Of a stretch of DNA of 64,000 bases, positions 26,018 to 37,799 are shown in pieces. The position numbers and the translations under genes were made by a program. Origin of the DNA: Alphaproteobacteria bacterium (GTDB lineage: Bacteria; Pseudomonadota; Alphaproteobacteria; Rs-D84); contig SUUO01000004.1 in assembly GCA_015062485.1 (NCBI GenBank), positions 17,981 through 81,980 of the forward strand. Direction: 5' to 3'. The notes below the pieces were generated by a model that saw nothing but the letters and a program-made list of their open reading frames with translations, was not told where the DNA came from and searched no databases. The number at the start of each line of letters is the position of its first letter. Positions within the stretch are counted from its first letter, which is position 1.

Positions 26018-29000
26018 TATATATCCAACAATTGCTGCTGGGTGTTGCCTTCGCGTGCAAGACGTTCCGCCTTTTCTTCCTCTTTGGCGATTTCGCGTAC
26101 ACGACGGACATATGCACCCGTTCCAATTGGAATCAAACGACCAACAATCAGGTTTTCGTTGATACCAACCAATTTGTCGGTTGAACCGGAAATTGCGGCG
26201 TCTACCAACACTTTGGTTGTCTGTTGGAACGATGCGTTCGATATAAACGAACGTGATGTCAGGGACGCGCGTGTCAAACCAACCAAGACCTGGGACGCTT
26301 CGGCAATACGGCCACCGTCACGGGCAACACGGGCATTTTCTTCTTCGAAATCGACACGGTCAACAACCTGGCCCATCAGGAAGCCGGTATCACCCGGATT
26401 CGTGATTTCAACACGGCGTGTCATTTCACGTATCAGAATTTCGATGTGTTTGTCATTAATCGTCACACCCTGAAGGCGATAAACCTGCTGAATCTGGTCA
26501 ACCATAAATGTTGCCAGGGCTTTCTGGCCCAGGATACGCAAGATATCTTGTGGTACAGGGTCACCATCAACCAATTTGTCAGCCTTCTTGACAACGTCAC
26601 CACTGCGAACCAACAGGTTTGTACCCTTTGGCACCGCATATTCAACCGGTGCACTGCCGTCGGTCGGTTCAATACGGATGATGATTTTTGATTTTGCATC
26701 TTCTAAATCAACCGTACCATCGATTTCCGCCAATAAGGCCGGATTTGTTGGACGACGTACTTCCAGTAACTCGTTAACACGTGGCAGACCGCCCGTAATG
26801 TCGCCGGTACGCTTTGTCTGAACCGGGATACGTGCCAAAATGTCGCCCGCGTGAACCGTGTCGCCATTTGCAACATTCAGGATAGAATAGATTGGCAGCA
26901 AATATTCTGCAATCTTTTTACCACCCAAAGATATCACGTTACCCTTGGCATCGACCAATGTGACCGCCGGTTTCAGGGCTTTCTTGGTATTTGTCTTCCA
27001 GTTAATAACCTTGCGTGAAACGATACCGGTCATAGAATCAACTTCTTCTTGGAACGATACGTTTTCAACCAAGTCGTTATAGTTTACGGTACCATCGGCC
27101 TCGGCTATGATTGTGTTGGAATATGGATCCCATTCGGCAACCTTGGCGCCTTTTTCAACGCTGTCGCCATCGTTAACAATCAACATTGATGCGTACGGTA
27201 ATGCACAGCTGAACAATTCTTTGTCCGCGTCATCGACAATGGCAATTTTACCATTACGTGACAAGACAACAACACGACCTGCGCTGTTCTTAATTGTATT
27301 AACACCAATCAATTTGATGCGACCCGCAACCGGAACTTCGATAAAGTGACTGTCGGTGCCACCGGCCGCAATACCACCAATGTGGAAGGTACGCAATGTC
27401 AACTGGGTACCTGGTTCACCAATGGACTGACCCGCGATAACACCAACGGCTTCGCCGACGTGTACCAATGCATTACGTGACAGGTCCATACCATAACATT
27501 TCGCACACAGACCGTCACTGCAACACGTCAGAACACTGCGAACATCAACAGATGGCAGACCGGATTCGTTAATCGCCTTGGATGCGGCCTTGGTAATCAA
27601 TTCACCGGCGGGAACAATGACTTCCTTGGTCAATGGGTGAACAATATCGTGTGCCGCCGTGCGACCCAATACAACATCCCCCAATGGAACCGACAGTGTT
27701 GAACCCGTATAAACCGGCTTTGCCGTGATGAATTCAGTTGTTCCACAATCGTGTTCGGTGATAACGGTATTTTGTGCCAATTCAACCAAACGACGTGTCA
27801 GGTAACCCGCGTCAGCAGTCTTTAATGCCGTGTCCGACATACCCTTACGCGCACCGTGGGTGGATGTAAAGTATTCAGACATAGTCAGACCTTCTTTAAA
27901 GTTCGAGATAATTGGAACCTCAATAATAGATCCGTCTGGTTTCTGCATCATACCACGCATACCAGCCAACTGCTGAATCTGACGTTTGGAACCACGGGCA
28001 CCAGATAACGCCATCATATATACAGAATTCCAATTGTCACCGGTTGATTTACCCAGCGCAGCATATGCCATATCACCCAGTTTATCGGTTGTTTTCTGCC
28101 ACATATCGACCAATTTGTTATAGCGTTCACCACCAGACAACAAACCGTTCTGATATTGTTCTTCGATTTCTTCGGCGGCCTTTTCAGATTGCGCGATGAT
28201 TTCTTTCTTTTCTTCTGGAATAACGATATCGTCATAACCAATGGAAATACCACTGCGTGCGGCCTGTTCAAAACCAGTATTTTTCAGCGCGTCTGCCAAC
28301 AAAATCGTTTCTTTGTCGCCACAACGTTCGTATGTCGTTGCCAACAAAGCCTTGATTTCTTTCACCGGCATAACCTTGTTCACCAAATCAAATGGCATTT
28401 TGTCAGACTTTGGCAATAATTCACCCAAAATCATACGACCCGCCGTTGTTTTATATGTTTTGCCGTTGATACGTGCAACAATCGGTGTGTGCAGTGTAAT
28501 TGTCTTGTTTTCCAAGGCCAATTTCACTTCGTCCATATTCGCAAAACGTGGTGATTTATCGGTGTGTTCGCCATCAATCAACGAGATGTAATAAACACCC
28601 AATACCATATCTTGGGATGGAACAATCATAGGTTCACCGTTCGCAGGCGACAATACGTTGTTCGATGACAACATTAATGTGCGTGCTTCTAACTGTGCCT
28701 CTAAGGAAATTGGAACGTGAACAGACATCTGGTCACCGTCAAAGTCAGCATTAAAGCCCTTACATACCAATGGGTGCAGACGGATTGCCTTGCCCTCAAT
28801 CAATACTGGTTCAAATGCCAGCAAGGACAGACGGTGCAATGTTGGTGCACGGTTCAACAGAACTGGATGTTCATAGATAACCTTTTCCAGGATTTCCCAT
28901 ACGACATCTTCGCCGTTTTCAACCATCTTGCGGGCGGTTTTCAATGTATTTGCATAGTCCCCGGCCAACAAGCGTGCATAAACAAATGGTTTAAACAATT

Positions 29001-30141
29001 CCAGTGCCATTGTTTTTGGCAAACCCACCTGGTGCAGTTTCAATGTTGGGCCAGATACGATAACCGAACGACCAGAATAGTCCACACGCTTACCCAACAT
29101 ATTCATACGGAAACGACCAGATTTACCGCGCAATGAATCAGACAATGATTTCAATGGACGGCGGTTCTGGGAAACCATTGGACGCGCCTTGTGACCATTA
29201 TCGAACAGGGAATCAACCGCCTCTTGCAACATACGTTTTTCGTTACGTACGATGATGTCTGGTGCGTGCATTTCCATAAAGCGTTTCAGACGGTTGTTAC
29301 GAATGATAACGCGACGATACAAATCATTCAGGTCAGATGCCGCAACGTGACCCGCATCCAATGTTACCAATGGACGCATATCTGGTGGAATAACCGGGAT
29401 AATATCCGGCATCATCCATGCTGGATTGGTCTTGGAATCCAAGAAGGCTTCGACCAATTTTAATTGTTTAATAATAGATTTGCGTTTTGTTTCAGATTTT
29501 GTATCCGCCAATTCCGCGCGCAGACGTGTGCGTTCATCGCCCATATCCAGGTTTTCAATGATTGAACGAACACCTTCGGCACCGATACCAACGCGGAATG
29601 CATCCGCGCCAAATTCTTCGACGGCGGCCTGGTATTCATCTTCGCTGATTACATCGTACAGTTTCAGGTTTGTTAAACCCGGTTCAATAACAATGTATGC
29701 GTCGTATGAAATAACCTGTTCCAGTTTCTTTTGTGGCAGATTGTTCAACAGGGTTGCAATCTTGCCCTCACGCAAAAACCACGTATGCGCAACCGGCATT
29801 GCCAATTTAATATGCCCCATACGTTCACGACGAACGGCGGATGGGCCAACCTCCACGCCGCAACGTTCGCAAACAACGCCACGGAATTTAATGCGTTTAT
29901 ATTTACCACAGGCGCATTCGTAATCTTTGACCGGACCAAAAATCTGCTGACAGAACAGTCCTTCGGCCTCTGGTTTCAGCGAGTGATAATTGATTGTTTC
30001 AGGTTTTTTCACTTCGCCATTTGACCAGGACAGAATTTCTTCGGGTGACGCAATGGTAATACGCAATGCATCAAACTGTTCCTTGGTTTCGATTTGTCCA
30101 AATATCTTTTGCAACATATTGCTCATTATATTTTGCTCCAT
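26017..30141 (-). CDS. rpoC: RNA polymerase beta' subunit
   Basis: [11 protein letters not shown], Zn ribbon [29 protein letters not shown]. Confidence 0.99.
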   Translation of the reverse strand: MEQNIMSNMLQKIFGQIETKEQFDALRITIASPEEILSWSNGEVKKPETINYHSLKPEAEGLFCQQIFGPVKDYECACGKYKRIKFRGVVCERCGVEVGPSAVRRERMGHIKLAMPVAHTWFLREGKIATLLNNLPQKKLEQVISYDAYIVIEPGLTNLKLYDVISEDEYQAAVEEFGADAFRVGIGAEGVRSIIENLDMGDERTRLRAELADTKSETKRKSIIKQLKLVEAFLDSKTNPAWMMPDIIPVIPPDMRPLVTLDAGHVAASDLNDLYRRVIIRNNRLKRFMEMHAPDIIVRNEKRMLQEAVDSLFDNGHKARPMVSQNRRPLKSLSDSLRGKSGRFRMNMLGKRVDYSGRSVIVSGPTLKLHQVGLPKTMALELFKPFVYARLLAGDYANTLKTARKMVENGEDVVWEILEKVIYEHPVLLNRAPTLHRLSLLAFEPVLIEGKAIRLHPLVCKGFNADFDGDQMSVHVPISLEAQLEARTLMLSSNNVLSPANGEPMIVPSQDMVLGVYYISLIDGEHTDKSPRFANMDEVKLALENKTITLHTPIVARINGKTYKTTAGRMILGELLPKSDKMPFDLVNKVMPVKEIKALLATTYERCGDKETILLADALKNTGFEQAARSGISIGYDDIVIPEEKKEIIAQSEKAAEEIEEQYQNGLLSGGERYNKLVDMWQKTTDKLGDMAYAALGKSTGDNWNSVYMMALSGARGSKRQIQQLAGMRGMMQKPDGSIIEVPIISNFKEGLTMSEYFTSTHGARKGMSDTALKTADAGYLTRRLVELAQNTVITEHDCGTTEFITAKPVYTGSTLSVPLGDVVLGRTAAHDIVHPLTKEVIVPAGELITKAASKAINESGLPSVDVRSVLTCCSDGLCAKCYGMDLSRNALVHVGEAVGVIAGQSIGEPGTQLTLRTFHIGGIAAGGTDSHFIEVPVAGRIKLIGVNTIKNSAGRVVVLSRNGKIAIVDDADKELFSCALPYASMLIVNDGDSVEKGAKVAEWDPYSNTIIAEADGTVNYNDLVENVSFQEEVDSMTGIVSRKVINWKTNTKKALKPAVTLVDAKGNVISLGGKKIAEYLLPIYSILNVANGDTVHAGDILARIPVQTKRTGDITGGLPRVNELLEVRRPTNPALLAEIDGTVDLEDAKSKIIIRIEPTDGSAPVEYAVPKGTNLLVRSGDVVKKADKLVDGDPVPQDILRILGQKALATFMVDQIQQVYRLQGVTINDKHIEILIREMTRRVEITNPGDTGFLMGQVVDRVDFEEENARVARDGGRIAEASQVLVGLTRASLTSRSFISNASFQQTTKVLVDAAISGSTDKLVGINENLIVGRLIPIGTGAYVRRVREIAKEEEKAERLAREGNTQQQLLDI

Positions 30142-30214
30142 TTTAAAATAGTTTTTAGTTGTTAGTGGCTAGTGGTTAGGGTGTGGAGATGATGCCCCAC
30201 ACCAATGCTAACAA

Positions 30215-33200
30215 CTAATCTACTTTCTTTGGTGTCATTGCCAGACCCAATCCACGCAATTCGCGAACGAATACGTTGAATGCTTCTGGGGTTCCGGTCT
30301 GGATATCATTGCTGCCGGAAATGATGGATTCGTACATCTTGTTTCGGCCGGTGATATCGTCAGATTTAACCGTTAACATTTCGCGCAACAGGTGGGCGGC
30401 ACCGTGGGCTTCCAGTGCCCACACCTCCATTTCACCCAAACGCTGGCCACCCATATGGGCCTTACCAGACAATGGCTGTTGCGTTACCAATGAATAGTTA
30501 CCAATTGAACGTGCGTGAATCTTTTCATCAACAAAGTGATGCAGTTTCAACATATACATAACGCCAACTGTTACCGGACGTGCAAACTTTTCACCCGTCA
30601 TACCGTCGTACAGATCAAACTGACCCGTTTCCGGCAGACCCGCCAATTTCAACATACTGCGAATATCTTCGGGTGTTGCACCGTCAAATGTTGGGGTTGC
30701 CATTGGAACACCGTCACGCAACAAGGCCGCCTGGGCACGGACATCTGTGTCCGTCATTTTTTCCAGTTTTTCTGCGACCTCGGTACCGTAAACCTTGCCC
30801 ATAATGGTGCGCAGGTCATCGGTAACCGCGCGTTTTGCCTTTACTTCGTCCAAAACGGCGCCAATTTGTGCACCCAATGTGCGTGCCGCCATACCAAGGT
30901 GGGTTTCCAAAATCTGACCAATGTTCATACGTGATGGTACGCCCAATGGGTTCAGAACAATGTCAACAGGGGTCCCGTCCGCCAAGTGTGGCATATCTTC
31001 GACCGGTACAACCTTGGACACGATACCCTTGTTCCCGTGACGACCCGCCATTTTGTCACCCGGCTGCAACTTCATTTTGTGCGCGATGTAAACCTTGACC
31101 TCTTTCAAGACACCGGCATTCAAAGAATTGCTTTCGGTTGCTTTGGCAACTTCGGCATCGGCTTCTTCGTTCAACTGCTTCAACTTCAGAACGTGCTGTT
31201 CACGCAGTTCATCAATTTTCGCTTGTGCTTCTTTGTTTTTAACGACCAACTTTTTCACATCAGATGGACGGATGCCTTCGAATACCTCGGCGGTCAATTT
31301 TTTACCGATAAAAGGTTTCAAACTGCCGGTGCCGGATTCGATAACCATACCCTCTGCAATTTGGAAGATTTGGTCGGCAAAGCCCTTTTCGATGATGTTT
31401 GTTTCTTCTTCGCGGTCTTTGTTAATCTTTTCGATTTTCTGCAATTCAATCATCTGGGTACGTTCGTCTTTCTTTACCCCGTGACGGGTCAGAACGTTAA
31501 CACCGATAACTGTACCTTCTTCGTTTGGACCAACGCGCAGTGACGTATCCTTTACATTCAAGGCCTTTTCACCAAAGATGTTACGCAACAGCGCTTCTTC
31601 TGGGGTTAATAATGTTTCAGATTTTGGTGAAACACGACCAACCAAGATGTCGCCCTGTTTTACGCGTGCGCCAACATAGATAATACCGGATTCGTCCAGA
31701 TTCTTTAATGCTTCTTCGCTGACGTTTGGAATGTCGCGGGTGAAACTTTCCGGGCCCAATTGTGTATCACGTACCTTGAATTCTTTTTCAACGATTTTTA
31801 CAGATGTAAATACGTCGTCACGAGAAATCTTTTCCGAGATAACGATTGAGTCTTCGTAGTTATATCCACGCCACGGCATAAACGCAACCAATACGTTGCG
31901 ACCCAATGCCAATTCACCATAGTTCATAGATGAACCGTCGGCAATGATGTCGCCCGCAGAAATACGATCGCCAACCTTTACCAATGGTTTCTGGTGAACC
32001 AGGGTTTCACTGTTGCTGCGTTCGAATTTTTCCAGGTTATAGATATCTACACCGGTTACAACGTTGCGGCTGTTCATACATTTAACCACAATACGGTTTG
32101 CATCCACAGATTCAACAACACCACTGCGTTTTGCAACCTTACCGGTGCGGGAATCACGCGCAACCTCGCGTTCGATACCGGTTCCGACCAATGGGGCCTG
32201 GACGCGCAATAATGGAACGCCCTGGCGCTGCATATTCGAACCCATCAATGCACGGTTCGCGTCGTCGTTTTCAACGAATGGAATCAAGCCCGTTGCAATA
32301 GATACCACCTGGCGTGGTTCAACGTCGATTAAGTCAACTTCGCCCTTTGGTACCATTGTAAATTCGCCATCAACACGCGCCGTTACCGTTTCATCGGCCA
32401 AGACACCGTCTTTTGTTGTTGGGGTGTTACCCTGGGCAATTTTGTGACCCAATTCTTCGTCCGCGGTCAGGTATACCATTTTGTCTGTCACGCGGCCGTT
32501 TTCAACCACATAGTATGGCGTTTCAATAAAGCCGTATGGATTTACACGTGCATAAGATGACAAGTGGTTAATCAAACCAATATTTGCACCTTCGGGTGTG
32601 TGAATTGGGCATAAACGACCATAGTGTGTTGGATGAACGTCACGTACGTCAATACCCGCACGTTCACGGTTTAAACCACCCGGCCCCAATGCCGAAATCA
32701 GACGCTTGTGTTCCAATTCAGCCAATGGATTATATGCATCCATAAACTGGGACAACTGTGATGTTCCCAAGAATTCAGACACCAATGACATCAACGGCTT
32801 TACATTGATAACATCCTGGGGTTGCATATTGGCAATGTTTGGACTGGACAATGCTTCACGAACCAGGCGTTCGATACGAATCATACCGGTGCGGAAATTC
32901 TGTTCCAACAATTCGCCAACCGTGCGAACACGACGATTTGACAGGTTATCAATATCATCAACCGTGTCTTTGCGGTCAATAATGTTTGTTAATGTTTTTA
33001 ATACCGCCAAGAAATCAGACTTGGTCAACAGACGTTCATCTTCTGGCTTTTTACCAGAATCAATTTTCAAACGTTTGTTCATCTTGAAACGACCAACCGC
33101 CGACAAATCATAGTATGCCGGTTCAAAGCCCTGGCGCATAAACAGATTGATTGCAGCCTCTAATGTTGGGCGTTCACCCGGACGGATAATGTTATAGATT

Positions 33201-34351
33201 TCAATCAAGGCTTCTTCGCGATTTGTGGTTTTATCAGCCAACAAAGTATTACGCATATGGGCCGTGATTGTGGTGTTGTCAATGGAAATCAGGCTGATTT
33301 CTTTGACATTCATTTTATCCAAATCATTCAAGACTTCTTCGGTGATTTCTGTGCCGGATGGCATTACAACCTCGTCCCCGGACATAATCGGATCAAACAG
33401 ATATTCACCAATCAAAGATTCTGGCAGGATACCGAACGTCTTGGATGCATCCATAATCTTTTTCAAGCGTTTCGCGTTCAAACGATCACCCTTGGACGCC
33501 AAGACTTTTTTATCTTTTGGATTAATTAAATCATAATTCAGGCGGTATTTATCCAAACCTTCGAATGATGCAACATCACCGGTCCACAATTTGCCGTCAA
33601 ATTTCAAGCCAATGCGGTTATAGAAAGTCCCCAGAATTTCTGTGTCACTCATACCACGGATTGTTGTCTTGCGTGGTTCTGCCAACCATTTCTTTTCATC
33701 TTCGGCGGCCGGCAGGCAACGCAACAGAACCGTTGCAGGCACCTTGCGACGACGATCGATACGGACATAGATTACACCCTTGGATTCTTCGAAATCAATC
33801 CAAGAACCGTGTTCTGGGATGATACGTGCAGTGTATGTAATCGGATTACCCGCAACCTTGGCTTCTTTGGTTGTTGCAAACACAACGCCCTGGGCACGAT
33901 GCATCTGGGAAACGATAACACGTTCTACGCCGGATGCGATAAAGCTGCCGCGTTCGGTCATTAACGGCACTTCGCCCATAAATATTTCTTGTTCCTTGAT
34001 GTCACGCAGAGTCTTTTTACCATCTTCTGCGACATCCCATAAAATCAATCTCAGCTTCAATTTCAGCTTGCTGGAATATGTCATATTGCGCAGCATACAT
34101 TCTTTTACATTGTAAACAGGCTTGTCCAATGTATATTCCACAAATTCCAGGTCGGCAATGCCGGCATAGTCTTTGATTGGGAACATTGACGAGAACACGT
34201 TCTGTAAACCAATGTTTTTACGGTTTTGCGGCGCAACGTCAGCCTGCAAAAAGTCTTTGTAGGAATCGTATTGAATTTCAACTAAATCAGGAAGCGGAGT
34301 TTGCAAAAAACTTTTACCAAAAGATTTTCTAAGTTTCTGGATTACTGCCAT
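30215..34351 (-). CDS. rpoB: RNA polymerase beta subunit
   Basis: [43 protein letters not shown]. Confidence 0.99.
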   Translation of the reverse strand: [1378 protein letters not shown]

Positions 34352-34521
34352 CGGTTTTAGTCCTTTTTTCTGTGCGTTTTGTGCAAACGATTTTCGATAT
34401 TATCGTATTGTCTGTATTTTACGCCTTTGTGCCCGTATGGGATTTTCATCCCACACGGGCGGCGTTTTTGCCATATTTTCATACGGCAGATTTTTTATGA
34501 ACCATTCGGTTCCGGGTTGAA

Positions 34522-34887
34522 TTATTTCAATTCAACTTTGGCACCGGCGGCTTCGATTGTAGCTTTCATTTTTTCAGCTTCATCTTTGGCAACGCCTTCT
34601 TTTACTGCCTTTGGTGCAGATTCGACCAAAGTTTTCGCTTCGCCCAAACCCAAACCTGTGATGTCTTTTACAGCCTTGATAACAGCCAATTTGTTTGCAC
34701 CAACTTCGGCCAGTACAACGTCAAATTCGCTCTTTTCTTCGGCGGCAGCGGCAGCTGGACCCGCAGCAACTGCAACAGCAGCAGCGGCGCTAACGCCCCA
34801 TGTTTCTTCCAACGCTTTGGACAGTTCAACTGCTTCCAAAACGGTCAATTTTGACAATTCTTCAACTAATTTCTGAATGTCTGCCAT
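34522..34887 (-). CDS. rplL: 50S ribosomal protein L7/L12
   Basis: [34 protein letters not shown]. Confidence 0.98.
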   Translation of the reverse strand: MADIQKLVEELSKLTVLEAVELSKALEETWGVSAAAAVAVAAGPAAAAAEEKSEFDVVLAEVGANKLAVIKAVKDITGLGLGEAKTLVESAPKAVKEGVAKDEAEKMKATIEAAGAKVELK

Positions 34888-34935
34888 TTTTTTACTCCTA
34901 AGTTTTGTTTTAGGTCAGAATAAAATATTCTGATT

Positions 34936-35415
34936 TTATTGTTCTTTTTTTCCATACTCTGCCGATACTCGTGCAATGCGCGACGCAGGTTCGACCAAGA
35001 TGCGCGCAATAGTGCCACGAATTTCCAACAGGGAAGGAAGCTTGGATAATTGTAATACGCCGTTACAGTCCAGAACGTCCGCATCCATTTTACCACCAAC
35101 GATTGTCAAATTTGGGTGTGATTCCGCAAATTTTGCCAATACCTTGGTAACCGCCAAGCCGTCTGTTGCAACCGCAACCGCGGTTGGACGTTTCAGCATA
35201 TCGGATACAGGTTCGAAATCGGTGTCTTTTAACGCCAATTTCATCAAACGGTTTTTAACGACTTTGAACACGGAAACCAATGGGCGCAATTCATTACGCA
35301 GACCCTCAAATTCCTGTACGGTCAAGCCGTGGTTTTCAACAACGAAAACACCGTTCGCTTCTTTCAGGGACGACTGTAACGCTGAAATCAAATCTGATTT
35401 TTCTTCGCGTTTCAT
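34936..35415 (-). CDS. rplJ: 50S ribosomal protein L10
   Basis: GLTV..LR, FKVVKNRL, LSKLPS; position between rplA and rplL. Confidence 0.95.
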   Translation of the reverse strand: MKREEKSDLISALQSSLKEANGVFVVENHGLTVQEFEGLRNELRPLVSVFKVVKNRLMKLALKDTDFEPVSDMLKRPTAVAVATDGLAVTKVLAKFAESHPNLTIVGGKMDADVLDCNGVLQLSKLPSLLEIRGTIARILVEPASRIARVSAEYGKKEQ

Positions 35416-35429
35416 CTTTATTTCCTTCA

Positions 35430-35560
35430 AGCTTCTGTTTTGTTAACTTTCCATCCGGGTTGCCCCGGGTGGGGCTTTGGTTCCTGCCCCAAAGAATTGT
35501 TCTTTGTCTATGATGGCAATTAAGCAACGTTCTCGTCACACCATCAGTCTTGGACAGAAA
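35430..35560 (-). promoter_or_regulatory. L10 leader (rplJL autoregulatory RNA)
   Basis: TCCAAGAC-TGATGG...TTAA...CCATCA-TAGAC kink-turn-like stem upstream of rplJ. Confidence 0.7.
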
Positions 35561-35602
35561 TCTGTTTATGCGACGTATGTTTTTCACACACGTCGCATTT
35601 AA

Positions 35603-36277
35603 TTATTTTGCATCTACTTTCAGACCTGGGCCCTGGGTTGTCGCAACGGAAATACCCAAGATATACTGACCCTTGGCTGATGCAGGTTTAATCTTTTTCA
35701 GCTGTTCAATCAAGGCATTTGCATTTTCAACCAATGCATCGGTTGTAAATGACATTTTACCAATCCCAGCGTGAATGATACCCTTCTTTTCAGCACGGTA
35801 TTCAATCTGACCCGCTTTGGCCGTTTTAACAGCGTCCGCAACGTTGTTTGTAACCGTACCCAATTTTGGATTCGGCATCAAACCCTTTGGTCCCAATACG
35901 CGTGCAATTTTTGACATTTTTGGCATCATATCAGGTGTCGCGATAACACGGTCAAAATTGATATTGCCCGCCGCAACCGCGTCAATTAAATCCTGGCCAC
36001 CAACAACATCGGCACCGGCAGATTTCGCTTCGTCGGCCGCATTTTCAGTAAATACCGCAACACGAACCGTTTTACCCGTACCATTTGGCAGGGACAACAT
36101 ACCACGAATATTCTGGTCAGCCTTGGTCACATCGATACCCAAACGGATAGCGATTTCCAATGTTTCATCAAATTTCTTGGATGCATATTCACGCAATGCT
36201 TCAATTGCTTCAGACAAGGCATACACTTTGTCTGTGTCCAAATTTTTCCAAGTTTGCTGTTTCTTTGTCAGTTTCAT
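35603..36277 (-). CDS. rplA: 50S ribosomal protein L1
   Basis: KFDET, LPNGTGK, LGPKGLMPNPKLGTV, TQGPG. Confidence 0.98.
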   Translation of the reverse strand: MKLTKKQQTWKNLDTDKVYALSEAIEALREYASKKFDETLEIAIRLGIDVTKADQNIRGMLSLPNGTGKTVRVAVFTENAADEAKSAGADVVGGQDLIDAVAAGNINFDRVIATPDMMPKMSKIARVLGPKGLMPNPKLGTVTNNVADAVKTAKAGQIEYRAEKKGIIHAGIGKMSFTTDALVENANALIEQLKKIKPASAKGQYILGISVATTQGPGLKVDAK

Positions 36278-36281
36278 GATA

Positions 36282-36713
36282 TTATTCCTCCACCTTTACG
36301 CCCATAGAACGGCACTGACCCGCAACGATGTTCATAGCGGATTCAATGGTAGAGCAATTCAAGTCAGGCATTTTTGCTTCGGCGATTTCTTTTACCTGGG
36401 CCTGGGTCAATGTACCAACAAAGTCGCGCCCCGGTTTATGAGAACCGATTTTCAATTTCAATGCTTTTTTAATATAGTACGATACAGGTGGCAATTTCAT
36501 AATAAATTCGAAACTGCGATCTGTGTAAACAGTGATAATACATGGAATCGGCATACCCGGTTCTTTATCAGATGTTTTATCGTTAAACTGTTTGCAGAAT
36601 TCTGCGATGTTAACACCAGCAGCACCCAACGCCGGACCAATTGGAGGCGCAGGATTTGCCTGTTTTGCAGGGACGACCAATTTGACCAATCCCTTAACTT
36701 CTTTCTTTGCCAT
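36282..36713 (-). CDS. rplK: 50S ribosomal protein L11
   Basis: [28 protein letters not shown]. Confidence 0.98.
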   Translation of the reverse strand: MAKKEVKGLVKLVVPAKQANPAPPIGPALGAAGVNIAEFCKQFNDKTSDKEPGMPIPCIITVYTDRSFEFIMKLPPVSYYIKKALKLKIGSHKPGRDFVGTLTQAQVKEIAEAKMPDLNCSTIESAMNIVAGQCRSMGVKVEE

Positions 36714-36738
36714 TTTTCACTCCATTTTTTTGGTTAGT

Positions 36739-36769
36739 GTCGTGGTACGATATGGCGTATCTACCACGC
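36739..36769 (-). promoter_or_regulatory. L1-binding leader upstream of rplK
   Basis: CGTGGTAG-ATAC..ATATCG-TACCACG interrupted hairpin just before the rplK RBS. Confidence 0.55.
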
Positions 36770-36821
36770 GTCGTGTGATTTTACTGAATATTTTTCAGAA
36801 AACCACAAAAATCTTTTGCGC

Positions 36822-36995
36822 CTAGCGAAGAATTATCTTCTTGGCACTTTCTGCGGCACGCATTTGATTCATCTTACACTCACGCTCCCATCTTTCTGCC
36901 AGAACCCGAATTTCTCGAAATACCCCTTCAAGCTCTTTGGACTCTTCCGCAGAAAGAGGCTTAGAACAATCTGACAGAGACATAAGCTTTCTCAT
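36822..36995 (-). CDS. Hypothetical 57-aa ORF between nusG and rplK (not in the ORF track)
   Basis: MRKLMSLSDCSKPLSAEESKELEGVFREIRVLAERWERECKMNQMRAAESAKKIILR; starts 6 nt after the nusG stop. Confidence 0.5.
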   Translation of the reverse strand: MRKLMSLSDCSKPLSAEESKELEGVFREIRVLAERWERECKMNQMRAAESAKKIILR

Positions 36996-37001
36996 ACGGA
37001 C

Positions 37002-37535
37002 CTAAACCTTTTCAACCTGGTCGAATTCCAAATCCATACTGGTTTCACGACCAAACACCAGTACAGTTACGGTCATTTTCTGTTTTACATTGTCGACCTC
37101 GGACGCGATACCGTTAAAGCCTGCAAAAGGCCCATCGATAACGTGTACCTCTTGACCAACAGTGTATTCGATATCATCCATTGCGACCGCGCCCTCTTCT
37201 ACCTGTTTCATCAGGCGACGCGCCTCTTCTTCGCTGACCGCGATTGGTTTTTGTTTCGCGCCCAGGAACATAACAACCTGGGGAATCTGCTTTACCAGCG
37301 TAAATGTTTCATTGTTCATAACCATCTGAACAACGATATAGCCTGGAAAGAATTTACGTTCCGTCTTTACGCGTTTTCCACCCTTGATTTCAGTAACCTC
37401 ACGCGTGGGAACCAAAATTTCACCGAAATACGCATTCAAGCGACGCTTATCAATTTGTTCACGCAGACCACGCGCAACCTTGTCTTCGCAACTTGTATGA
37501 ACATTCACAACAAACCATTGCATTTTTTCTTCCAT
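37002..37535 (-). CDS. nusG: Transcription termination/antitermination factor NusG
   Basis: WFVVNV, FFPGY, KOW motif VIDGPFAGF.G, VFGRET. Confidence 0.97.
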   Translation of the reverse strand: MEEKMQWFVVNVHTSCEDKVARGLREQIDKRRLNAYFGEILVPTREVTEIKGGKRVKTERKFFPGYIVVQMVMNNETFTLVKQIPQVVMFLGAKQKPIAVSEEEARRLMKQVEEGAVAMDDIEYTVGQEVHVIDGPFAGFNGIASEVDNVKQKMTVTVLVFGRETSMDLEFDQVEKV

Positions 37536-37563
37536 CGTATGCACCCTTTGTCAATTCCGTTTC

Positions 37564-37743
37564 TTAGAAAATCCAATTAACAATCGCCCCCAGCACACTG
37601 TCCACCGCAAAGAAGAACAGCGCCGCAATGGCCGAAAACACCAAAATCATAATCGTTGCACGCGTCACAGTATCGCGCGATGGCCACACAATCTTGAACC
37701 ATTCACGACGTACAGACTTGATATATTCCAGCATTTTCTTCAT
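37564..37743 (-). CDS. secE: Preprotein translocase subunit SecE
   Basis: VRREWFKIVWPSR plus one TM segment; between tRNA-Trp and nusG. Confidence 0.92.
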   Translation of the reverse strand: MKKMLEYIKSVRREWFKIVWPSRDTVTRATIMILVFSAIAALFFFAVDSVLGAIVNWIF

Positions 37744-37780
37744 AAAACACGTCCACTTTTTATTATTACGACCATATTCG

Positions 37781-37799
37781 TGGCAGGGGCAGAAGGAAT
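37781..37799 (-). repeat. 19-bp duplication of the tRNA-Trp 3' end
   Basis: TGGCAGGGGCAGAAGGAAT is identical to 37954-37972. Confidence 0.9.

Noticed and set aside
30150-30216. Heptamer repeats (TTAGTTG/TTAGTGG) and a hairpin between rpoB and rpoC
   Set aside because: Too short to assign; most likely an mRNA stem or pause structure
35817-36737. 306-aa plus-strand ORF and the many other antisense ORFs over rpoBC and other core genes
   Set aside because: Shadow frames of well-conserved genes; no motifs or RBS
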